A stretch of DNA of 23,789 bases from Bdellovibrionales bacterium (GTDB lineage Bacteria > Bdellovibrionota > Bdellovibrionia > Bdellovibrionales > DASUEL01): positions 1-23,789 of the forward strand of contig JBFWOZ010000045.1 in the NCBI GenBank assembly GCA_050250255.1, in the 5' to 3' direction. Position 1 is the first letter of the stretch; the number at the start of each line of letters is the position of its first letter. Below, piece after piece: positions 1-7,858 of this stretch. The notes below the pieces were generated by a model. The model searched no databases. It was given only the letters and a program-made list of their open reading frames with translations, and was not told the origin of the DNA. The position numbers and the translations under genes are program-made.

Positions 1-96
1 TTTATGAAATATATTTGTCTTTGTTTATCAATGATCTCATCTCAAAGATTTAAACTGATTGAGGAGCAAGCCTTTGAAAGTGAAAAAAGAATAGTT

Positions 97-792
97 ATGA
101 AAAACAATAGAATTTTAATCATTATGATTTTGTTAACCGCACTTTTTACGGTTCCAGCAGAATCGGCTGAATGTGAAAAATTTGATATCACTGGCATGTG
201 GAAGGGCGCCCGCGGCCAAAGATTTGAGATTCGACAGACAGGCTGTCGCTCGGTTCTTCTCAAAGATCTCGATACGAATAGAGTGAGTGGAACTGGCCCA
301 ATAACTGAGGTGATTGAATGGGGCTTTGAACTCAATGGACTTCCCACCGGATTGTCTGAGAGCTATAAGAAGTTTTTGATAGGCAGCCAGTATAACAATT
401 TCTTTAGAAAAGATATTGACGGGCTTAAAGGAAATGAAGAGGCCTTGTCGTTCGTCAAACTGAAGACGAAAGCGCACCTGGAAGGTCCAACAAAAATTTT
501 ATTCATTGATATGGAGCTGCCGAAAGTAGGTTTTTTGGGAAGCCTTCTTGATTATGGCGTTCATGCTTTTAAAATAAAGGCGGCTGTGAGAGCTCGGGTG
601 ACTGGAATGGTGAAAAGCGAAAACGAAAGAATCAGCAATCTAGAAATTCATGTTGAACGCATCCAAGTGCAAGCTTTTGAAGTTCCACCGATGCTTGGGT
701 CACTCCCGATGACTCCAGTGCTTCATATAGTGAATGCCGTTCTTAATCATTCACTTATTTTGGGGACTCTGCAAGACCGGCTCACTCGTTAG
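97..792 (+). CDS. Secreted hypothetical protein
   Basis: ORF 4..792; the internal ATG at 97 gives a typical signal peptide (MKNNRILIIMILLTALFTVPAESA); no family motif recognised. Confidence 0.7.
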   Translation: MKNNRILIIMILLTALFTVPAESAECEKFDITGMWKGARGQRFEIRQTGCRSVLLKDLDTNRVSGTGPITEVIEWGFELNGLPTGLSESYKKFLIGSQYNNFFRKDIDGLKGNEEALSFVKLKTKAHLEGPTKILFIDMELPKVGFLGSLLDYGVHAFKIKAAVRARVTGMVKSENERISNLEIHVERIQVQAFEVPPMLGSLPMTPVLHIVNAVLNHSLILGTLQDRLTR

Positions 793-805
793 AAAAGTTC
801 AAAGT

Positions 806-832
806 GCCGACATTTTTATAATTGTCGGCTTT
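806..832 (+). terminator. Possible weak intrinsic terminator
   Basis: GCCGACA/TGTCGGC stem with a 10-nt loop followed by TTT, 13 nt after the stop at 792. Confidence 0.35.
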
Positions 833-1094
833 CAAACTGAGCATTTGTTCTCTAAAAATCGTATACATAGAGATCTTGAAAAAACCTGAGTCAAAAGTTG
901 AGGGTCTTTTCTGCGTTGGATGATTGTTCAACTCAGCAAAGAATATCTCGCTGGGTAAAAGTCAGCGCCGAGAGAGCGCTTACAATTAAACTAGGTGGCC
1001 CTTCGTTCGTGCTTTCATAAGAATGGAAGGCTGACGGGCTTTCCGATAAAACCGTCCATTCCACATTCATAACAATGAGCCACATCCTCTTTTT

Positions 1095-1226
1095 TCATTG
1101 TACTTGCTGTAAGCGCAAATGCGCGGACGTGCATCCTGATATAGCTGTAAACGGAAAGAATTGAAGCATCTTGCTCGGAAATCCTACGATCTCATCCGTA
1201 TGGATTGTCATATGCCGGAAATGAAC
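1095..1226 (+). pseudogene. Relic of a receiver (REC) domain, hybrid-kinase type
   Basis: Reads VHPDIAVNGK (1129-1158), then after a frameshift LKHLARKSYDLIRMDCHMPEMN (1161-1226), matching the REC motif xDLILMDxxMPxMDG; a VLAVSANA piece lies upstream; no intact ORF. Confidence 0.65.
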
Positions 1227-1262
1227 AATTTTTTTGTTTCAGCGATTACAATACCAAAAAAT

Positions 1263-1295
1263 AAAAGACCAGAGACAAAGGGCTCTGGTCTTTTT
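1263..1295. terminator. Bidirectional intrinsic terminator, copy 1
   Basis: AAAAGACCAGAG-acaaaggg-CTCTGGTCTTTT(T), downstream of the minus-strand gene ending at 1369. Confidence 0.8.
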
Positions 1296-1368
1296 ACTCT
1301 GTCTTGCGAACCATGAGATAATCTCGCTTTACCCAAAGCAGTCGGTAGAAAAACTGTTTTGTATGGTT

Positions 1369-1683
1369 CTAAAAGTCTTTTAAAGGACCAGCTGATAATG
1401 AGCCAAGGCAGTATTCAAGATTTACAGTCATCCGGCCTACCGATGGTTGATCTTTTTGGGTGGAACTTGTTGCATTGTAGGTGAAGAGAACTACGTAACT
1501 ATCCTCTGTTTGACCCATCATGCGATACTTAAGATTGGTATAGGAATACTTTGGATCAAGAACTTTAAAACCGTCTAGGCCCGTAGTTAGCTCATTTTTC
1601 ATTGCGGCTTCATCACAAACCTTGTCCGCCATAGCATTTGTTCCTAATACACCAATGAGTATTGCTAAAGTAAGTGCTTTCAT
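1369..1683 (-). CDS. Small secreted protein (104 aa, two Cys)
   Basis: ATG at 1683 with RBS GAGGAG; signal peptide MKALTLAILIGVLGTNAMA; the longer ORF-track extension runs through regulatory DNA. Confidence 0.8.
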   Translation of the reverse strand: MKALTLAILIGVLGTNAMADKVCDEAAMKNELTTGLDGFKVLDPKYSYTNLKYRMMGQTEDSYVVLFTYNATSSTQKDQPSVGRMTVNLEYCLGSLSAGPLKDF

Positions 1684-1887
1684 ACTTTCTCCTCTTTTAT
1701 CGATCTCAGATCGAAATTTAAATTTTTGTTTCTTACAGTGACTTCCATGACAGCTATTTACAGAAGCCTTTGAAAAGGTGCTATAGGTTTTGACACAATG
1801 TGTGTCGAAAAGGCTGACACATAAAAATTGTTCATCATATTGTTCCGGTGGGGCTGCTGTAAAAAATATACTATTTTTAAGTGTTAC

Positions 1888-1920
1888 AGTTTTGATGTAA
1901 CACTTTGTTACATCAAAACT
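1888..1920. promoter_or_regulatory. Perfect 15-bp inverted repeat, candidate operator
   Basis: AGTTTTGATGTAACA-ctt-TGTTACATCAAAACT abutting a TTGTGC-N17-TATTGT promoter-like sequence (1920-1948). Confidence 0.7.
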
Positions 1921-1955
1921 TGTGCTGGACTGAGAAGCCATCTATTGTTGCACCC

Positions 1956-2741
1956 ATGACGACACTGGATTTTAGAACTTATTTGCAACAAGAATTGGTG
2001 AGGCGCTGCCAGTCCAACCCAAATTATTCCTTGAGAGCTTTTGCACGTTCGGCAGGAGTGAATCCAGCGATTCTTTCCATGATCTTAAGAAAGAAAAGAA
2101 AGGTTACGAGTGATGCCGTCAGAAAAATAGGTGCAGGCTTGGGACTTTCACAACGTCAGATTGAAAGTTTCGCAAGTCATATAAGTGAGGAAGCCGTTTC
2201 ATCAAACGCAAAAACGAAGCAGATGAATCAACTATCTCTGGATACATTCTATCTCATTACAGAATGGTATCACGACGCCATTATGGAGCTCAGTCGCATT
2301 GAAGGGTTTGGGGGCACTCCTCTTTTCATTTCTCGCGCACTTGGCATTTCAGTGAATGAAGCACAGCTTGCCATAGAACGCTTAGAGCGTATTGGAATGA
2401 TTGAAGTCAATGCTGATAATACGTGGAATGATGTAGGCGAGTACACTTCTATCCAACATGACGACTTTACGGATGTAGCCTTACGCCGATTCCAAGAAAA
2501 AGTATTGGAGCTTTCGTCGAAGACTATCAAAGCGGTGCCTAAGGAGTTGAGAGATCACAGTTGTATGACCATGGCTGTGCGACGTTCTGATCTCAAAGAA
2601 GCAAAAAAACGCATTCGTGAATTTCGTCGTGACATGAATGAGTTTCTACAAAGAAAAAGCCAAAAACCATTTGATGATGTTTATTGTTTTGCACTTTCTT
2701 TATTTCCATTAACTAACAAATATAAAAAGGAGACCGTATGA
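1956..2741 (+). CDS. TIGR02147 / DUF4423 family HTH-containing protein
   Basis: Characteristic motifs: YLQQELxRRxxxNPxYSLRAFAR..LSxILRxKR, WYHxAIxEL, C-terminal RDHSxMTMA...KxRIREFR...VYxxxxxLFPLT. Confidence 0.9.
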   Translation: MTTLDFRTYLQQELVRRCQSNPNYSLRAFARSAGVNPAILSMILRKKRKVTSDAVRKIGAGLGLSQRQIESFASHISEEAVSSNAKTKQMNQLSLDTFYLITEWYHDAIMELSRIEGFGGTPLFISRALGISVNEAQLAIERLERIGMIEVNADNTWNDVGEYTSIQHDDFTDVALRRFQEKVLELSSKTIKAVPKELRDHSCMTMAVRRSDLKEAKKRIREFRRDMNEFLQRKSQKPFDDVYCFALSLFPLTNKYKKETV

Positions 2742-3439
2742 AAAAAATGATTTTGATGATTTTGATGATGCCAGTGTTTACCCTGGCAAGCGGACAAGAA
2801 AAGGGCGGCGGAGAAACCGAGAAGCTAAAGTTTGCTATTGTAGCGAACAAGGTGTTGTTTTTGATTAAGACCCATAGAGCTACGTTTCCAGAAGTAGACT
2901 TGTTAAAGCTCACGGAGGCCGTAAAAAGCACGACGATAAAGATTGTTTCTCAGGAATTGTTTGTTGGTAATGAACAGGTCACTGCCACTAACAACCCAGT
3001 TAAAAAGATCATTGAAGTGAATCGATTTAAGTGGAGAGGTTTAAATGGCCAACCTACTTTGCAAGCGACTCTTGTAGCCCATGAATACTTTGGAATTTTA
3101 AAGCTCACTGATTCCAATGGGCAAATTAGCAATCGTATTGCTGCATTGGTAGGTACAGGAACTGGTGCTTTTTTTAGATGGAGTTGTTCAGCGTCTGTCG
3201 CAGGAAGTTTAGTAGATAGGCTCCTTGATAGGAACGGCAATCATTGGTATGAGGTTGATGGCAACTCGTACATTGCGCACGGAGAGGGCGATACATCAGG
3301 TGAAGCTTGGAGTGAATTGGTTGATACTGCTAAATATTGGTTCGACCCTAAACCTTTTCATCTTCTTACGAGCCATGTCCAGGATAAAAATACATCCTAC
3401 TTCGCTACAATGATGAATTCATGCCGAAAAAATGATTAG
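2738..3439 (+). CDS. Secreted hypothetical protein, translationally coupled to the TIGR02147 gene
   Basis: ATGA overlap, RBS AAGGAG, signal peptide followed by GQEKGGG; an LVAHEYFG motif resembles a partial HExxH. Confidence 0.8.
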   Translation: MKKMILMILMMPVFTLASGQEKGGGETEKLKFAIVANKVLFLIKTHRATFPEVDLLKLTEAVKSTTIKIVSQELFVGNEQVTATNNPVKKIIEVNRFKWRGLNGQPTLQATLVAHEYFGILKLTDSNGQISNRIAALVGTGTGAFFRWSCSASVAGSLVDRLLDRNGNHWYEVDGNSYIAHGEGDTSGEAWSELVDTAKYWFDPKPFHLLTSHVQDKNTSYFATMMNSCRKND

Positions 3440-3470
3440 AGTTCATTTCAATTTTTAAAGAGTCATCTTG

Positions 3471-3501
3471 AAAAGACCAGAGACAAGCTCTGGTCTTTTT
3501 T
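3471..3501. terminator. Bidirectional intrinsic terminator, copy 2
   Basis: AAAAGACCAGAG-acaag-CTCTGGTCTTTT(TT); the stem is identical to 1263-1295. Confidence 0.8.
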
Positions 3502-3509
3502 ATTACGTC

Positions 3510-3773
3510 CATAAAACCACCAGCTTTGCTGGTGGTTTGAGCAATGGCTATGCCGGAGATTAGTAGATAAAACCTCCCTTCAAACAAGCAATGCTGAAGG
3601 GAGGCAAGATGAACGAGTTCAGCAAATTATCACATACGAAGAGGGAATGTAAGTACCACGTAGTATGGATACCGAAGTACCGTAGAAAAAGTATCTACGC
3701 GTACAAGAAAAGAATTATTGTAGAGGCAATCAAGCGATGGGCTGCTTCGGGACATAGTGGCTACGTCTTATAA
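3510..3773 (+). mobile_element. tnpA: Truncated IS200/IS605-family element (left end plus tnpA 5' fragment)
   Basis: End hairpin AAACCACCAGC-ttt-GCTGGTGGTTT (3514-3538); a second hairpin (3573-3604) occludes the RBS; the ORF from 3609 reads LSHTKRECKYHVVWIPKYRRK (IS200 TnpA N-terminus) but stops before the HUH and catalytic Tyr motifs. Confidence 0.85.
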
Positions 3774-3854
3774 CTATAAAAGTGGCGGTAAAACAGAGCT
3801 TAAGTGCAGGGAAATCACAAGAAAACTATTTCATTAAAAAGAGGCTGCAAAAAT

Positions 3855-4565
3855 TTATCCGCTCGTTTTAGCACGACTCATCTGCAAAAAACGATATCCT
3901 TCTCCATAGACAGTTTGTATGCATTCAGCAAAAGGACCTAGCTTTTTACGAAGTAAATAAATATGTGTGTCTATGCAACGATCTGTTAAATAAGTATCTT
4001 CACCCCATACCTGATTCATTAATTGGTTACGAGAAAATATTTGATCTTCGTGTGAAATCAGAAGAGTTAAGAGTTTAAATTCGAGAGGTGTGAGGGTCAG
4101 GTTATGTCGTTTGCTTTCGATGTAAATTGCCGCTCTTTGTGAGTTGAAGTTTATTTCTATATTTCCAATCTGCAATGTTTTGGTTTCAGTTTGGTGAGAT
4201 TTATTTTTTTTAATTCTCATTTCAATGCGCGCTTTAAATTCTTCTGGCTGAAAGGGTTTTACAATATAATCTTCAGCACCTAGAGAAATACCAAGAACTT
4301 TATCAGACACATCGTCTTTGGCGGTTAGAAAAATGACAGGAATTTTTTTAAACCTATGGCTGTTCAGAAGAAGTGAAAAAAACTTAAAGCCATCCCCATC
4401 TGGTAATCCCACATCTAGCAAGATAAGATCAAACGAATTTTCGTTAAGAATTTTAGTAGCCTCTTGTAAGCGGCTCACCCATGCGACTTTGAAATCGGCC
4501 CCTAGAGAATGGCAAACTAGGTCTTTGATGGGCTCAGAATCTTCAATGAGTAGTATATTATGCAT
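3855..4565 (-). CDS. OmpR/PhoB-family response regulator
   Basis: REC (ILLIED, DLILLDVGLPDGDG, FLTAK, DYIVKPF) plus winged helix (LTPLEFKLL, SRNQL, DTHIYLLRKKL, TVYGEGYRF). Confidence 0.95.
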   Translation of the reverse strand: MHNILLIEDSEPIKDLVCHSLGADFKVAWVSRLQEATKILNENSFDLILLDVGLPDGDGFKFFSLLLNSHRFKKIPVIFLTAKDDVSDKVLGISLGAEDYIVKPFQPEEFKARIEMRIKKNKSHQTETKTLQIGNIEINFNSQRAAIYIESKRHNLTLTPLEFKLLTLLISHEDQIFSRNQLMNQVWGEDTYLTDRCIDTHIYLLRKKLGPFAECIQTVYGEGYRFLQMSRAKTSG

Positions 4566-4573
4566 ATTAGCTC

Positions 4574-5285
4574 CTATCTTCGTTTTGGATACTTCATCAG
4601 TTCAGGCTGATTTCTGATTTGTATATGTCTCTTCATTTTCCGAACGACTTCTTTGTCGTGGCTTAAAAAAATAAGTTTGGTCTTTATAAAGCCATTTTCA
4701 GCCGACTGCACTTGATCCACTTGAAACAAGGTATTGTGTGGAAGAGCGTCGCAAAATAAAGAGGAGGGTAACTCTATAATCTGACCCAGCTCCAACTTTT
4801 GGTTCAATAAAATTTCCGCTCCTGTTTCAAAAATACGCAGGCAATGAGCTTGAAGATATAGCTTAATATCGATTTTTTGAGCTTCTTGAAATTCGGCCTT
4901 TGAGTAGGTTTTTGGTGGATGTGTTTCGAAAAACAAGACGATGCGCTGAAGAAAAGTTTTTTTCTCGATGGGTTTTAGAAAGATAGAAGTCTGCACCGAG
5001 TTGGGCTGCACGCATTACGGCATCAGGTTGCTGACTTGCAGTAAGAAAGGCGATGGCAGTTTGTTGTAGCTCGGAATTGTTGCGGACTGTATTTACAAAC
5101 TGGAATCCGTCAAAGCGAGGCATGTGGACATCTACGATAATAAGATCAATATCGTATAGTTGGAGGAGATCTAAAGCTCGCAATGCGTTGTCTTCGGTGA
5201 GAACTTCATAGCCTGCTTGAGAAAGTATAAGTTTCTCCAAGTCTAAGACAGTTTGATCATCATCAATTACTAATATTCGTGCCAT
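4574..5285 (-). pseudogene. REC + degenerate PilZ-like response regulator, split by a 1-nt frameshift
   Basis: Removing one base from the A3 run at 4979-4981 joins GADFYL to LKPIEKK and restores the REC KP motif; the C-terminal RIFETGAEI..LELGQIIEL resembles a PilZ barrel without RxxxR. May be a sequencing error. Confidence 0.75.
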
Positions 5286-5298
5286 CGATATTCTCTTT

Positions 5299-5610
5299 CT
5301 ACCGATATTCGATTTTTAAGTGATGAAGATATTTTTCTAATTGAGAGATATTTTCTTCTAACCTTTTGAGGTCTTGTAATTCTGAAAAATGCTCAATTTT
5401 CTTTCCAAAATCTCCTAGAGTTTGAAATCCGTAGCTCCCACAGGATCCTTTCATTTGATGTCCCAGGGCTTTTAATTCTTCATAGTTTCGGTTTTGAAAA
5501 GCATTTTTTACGAGCTCAAATTGATTTTTTTGGAAGACTAAAAATTTTGGTATGAGACTCTCTAGCATAGGGTCTACGTAAATAGTATTGTCGGACTTTG
5601 CTTCTTTCAT
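5299..5610 (-). CDS. Stand-alone Hpt phosphotransfer protein
   Basis: LGHQMKGSCGSYGF Hpt motif; RBS GGGGGAG. Confidence 0.9.
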   Translation of the reverse strand: MKEAKSDNTIYVDPMLESLIPKFLVFQKNQFELVKNAFQNRNYEELKALGHQMKGSCGSYGFQTLGDFGKKIEHFSELQDLKRLEENISQLEKYLHHLKIEYR

Positions 5611-5620
5611 AACTCCCCCT

Positions 5621-7858
5621 CTAAGCGATTTGTTTTTTATTTCCAGGATGTCTTAATTGGTCTGCAATAGATTTGAGAAGCTTTTCTTTCTGTATAGGTT
5701 TTTCTATATAACCATCACAGCCAGAGTCTTTACATTTTCTAAGTTCCTCTGGAGTCACTCCTCCAGTGAAAGCTAAAATGGGCGCTGGAATGAGATTTTG
5801 TTGTTTTTCCCAGGCGCGAATAAGGCGGGTTGCCTCTAAGCCATCCATAGTCGGCATTTGTACATCCATTAATACGAGGTCGTACTGATGCGTTTTAAAT
5901 AAATCAACGGCTGTTTTTCCTTCAAGGACACAATCTAAACTAAACGTATCCGATGGTAAAAATAGTCGGAGGATATCTTGGTTGATTTCATTGTCTTCGG
6001 CGACAAGTACTTTAAATTTCGATAATTGAAGAGTTTCCATTTTTTTTGCCAGGATCTCTTGTATGGCAGTTTTAAAATGTTCAAATTGCAGGGGTTTATA
6101 AATGAGAGAACTATGTTCAATACTGCTTAGGTCCTGTGCGACTCGCTCGTTGAGATTCGCTGTGACTAAAAATGCTGGAGTGAGTGTTTTTTTATTTTCC
6201 TTTTCATATTTTCTGATCCGGTGGAGCGCTTCAAGGCCATTGAGAATAGGCATCTGAAAGTCAAAAAATAGAAAATCATAGATTCCAGACTTAAACTGAC
6301 TAACGGCTTCTTGCCCATTTTTTACCACCTCGGCTTGGATGTTTAATTTTTTCAAATAATTGACAATAACGTCTTGGTTTATAGGATCGTCTTCAGCGAC
6401 AAGAGCTCGCAAAACAGGAGATGAGAGGGCTGGATTGAGAACGACTGTATTTTTTGGTGCTTTTGATTCTAGAATTCCAACAAACTCAAGTTCGAACCAG
6501 AATTGAGATCCTTTGCCTGGCTCGCTTGTAAACCCAATTTTACCGCGCATCAGTTCTATTAACTTTTTGGAAATATTCAGACCAAGTCCTGTGCCACCAA
6601 AACGCTTTTCGGTGGTTGATTCGGCCTGTTGGAAAGCTCCGAATATCTTTTCCTGGCTCGTCAGAGGGATGCCAATACCTGTATCGCACACTTCAAAGCG
6701 GATTTTGCATTTATTATTTGTTTTGGAAATTAGAGTGCAGTGGATTGTGACCGTTCCTTTTTCTGTAAATTTAACGGCATTACTTATGAGGTTATTAAAT
6801 ATTTGACGAATACGACCGCTATCTCCCACAACAAGTGGCGGGAGTTGAGTGTCGATCTGGAAGTTTAAGTTTATGCCCTTTTTCCGAGTTATATTTAAAA
6901 AAAGACTTTCAAGTTCGTTTAAAAGTAACTTTATGTCGAATTTTTCAGGGCAAATCTCAAGTTTCCCTGCTTCAACTTTTGAAAAATCTAAAATGTCATT
7001 AACGATTCTTAAGAGGGCTTCGCACGATCTTTGGATTGTTTCTGCATATTTCGTTTGTTTATTATCAAGAGTACTATCGAGCAGGACGGTCGTCATCCCC
7101 ATAATGCCGTTCATGGGAGTTCTTATTTCATGGCTCATATTTGCCAAAAATTGTGACTTAAACTCAGAAGCTTGTAACGCTTCTGTGCGTGCTTGTTTTA
7201 AAAGACGTTCATAATTAAGACGGCTAATAATGTCGTGACGTATGATCAATGAGGCAAAAATAAATAAAACAAACGCCGCTAGGCTTGTCATGATGGTGGA
7301 GAAGATAGTTTCGTTTGTGCTTCGACGTTTATTTTTTATTTGTCTATCCAGAATATTTTTTTGATTTCTCTCAATGAGCTCAATATTTTTTTGTATTTGC
7401 TGAGAAATACTTTGCCATTTTCCTGTAAGAATTACTTGTAATGCATGGTTGAGATTGTGGGTTTCCCTCTCAGATACCGTTAAACTCATATCATCAATTT
7501 TGAGTTGAATTAATTTTTCTAAATTAGAATTTTTAACTGTGGGTTGCAGGTTCTGTACTTTTTTAAGTTGAGATTGAAGGAGATTTACATTTTGCTTATA
7601 GATATCTAAAAAACGTCCCTTGCCAACAAGGACATATATATTGTTGGCCATCTCGGCATCTCGAAGTGCTGTGGTTAAGCTTTGGACTTCATGCATGAAA
7701 GCAGAGGTTGCGTCGACAGCTTCTATATCAAAGATTAATTTTTTAGCGTTTTGATAAGAAAAAAACGACAAAAGACAGAGAATGCTAAAAACTAATAGAA
7801 AACTTCCATAAATCCTCCAGCCGACTCTTTCTTTAAGGTCATGGATGGCTTGTTTCAT
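5621..7858 (-). CDS. Hybrid sensor histidine kinase (2 TM, CHASE3-like, HisKA, HATPase, 2 REC)
   Basis: H-box FLANMSHEIRTPMNG, N-box NLISNAVKFT, G1 DTGIG, G2 GGTGLGL; two REC domains (FFDFQMP, LMDVQMP); periplasmic LRDAE..Y...G...FL..Y pattern typical of CHASE3. Confidence 0.95.
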   Translation of the reverse strand: MKQAIHDLKERVGWRIYGSFLLVFSILCLLSFFSYQNAKKLIFDIEAVDATSAFMHEVQSLTTALRDAEMANNIYVLVGKGRFLDIYKQNVNLLQSQLKKVQNLQPTVKNSNLEKLIQLKIDDMSLTVSERETHNLNHALQVILTGKWQSISQQIQKNIELIERNQKNILDRQIKNKRRSTNETIFSTIMTSLAAFVLFIFASLIIRHDIISRLNYERLLKQARTEALQASEFKSQFLANMSHEIRTPMNGIMGMTTVLLDSTLDNKQTKYAETIQRSCEALLRIVNDILDFSKVEAGKLEICPEKFDIKLLLNELESLFLNITRKKGINLNFQIDTQLPPLVVGDSGRIRQIFNNLISNAVKFTEKGTVTIHCTLISKTNNKCKIRFEVCDTGIGIPLTSQEKIFGAFQQAESTTEKRFGGTGLGLNISKKLIELMRGKIGFTSEPGKGSQFWFELEFVGILESKAPKNTVVLNPALSSPVLRALVAEDDPINQDVIVNYLKKLNIQAEVVKNGQEAVSQFKSGIYDFLFFDFQMPILNGLEALHRIRKYEKENKKTLTPAFLVTANLNERVAQDLSSIEHSSLIYKPLQFEHFKTAIQEILAKKMETLQLSKFKVLVAEDNEINQDILRLFLPSDTFSLDCVLEGKTAVDLFKTHQYDLVLMDVQMPTMDGLEATRLIRAWEKQQNLIPAPILAFTGGVTPEELRKCKDSGCDGYIEKPIQKEKLLKSIADQLRHPGNKKQIA

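Noticed and set aside
1684..1955. N-terminal extensions of ORFs 1369..1941 and 1905..2741
   Set aside because: They overlap each other and run through palindromic promoter DNA; better starts exist at 1683 and 1956.
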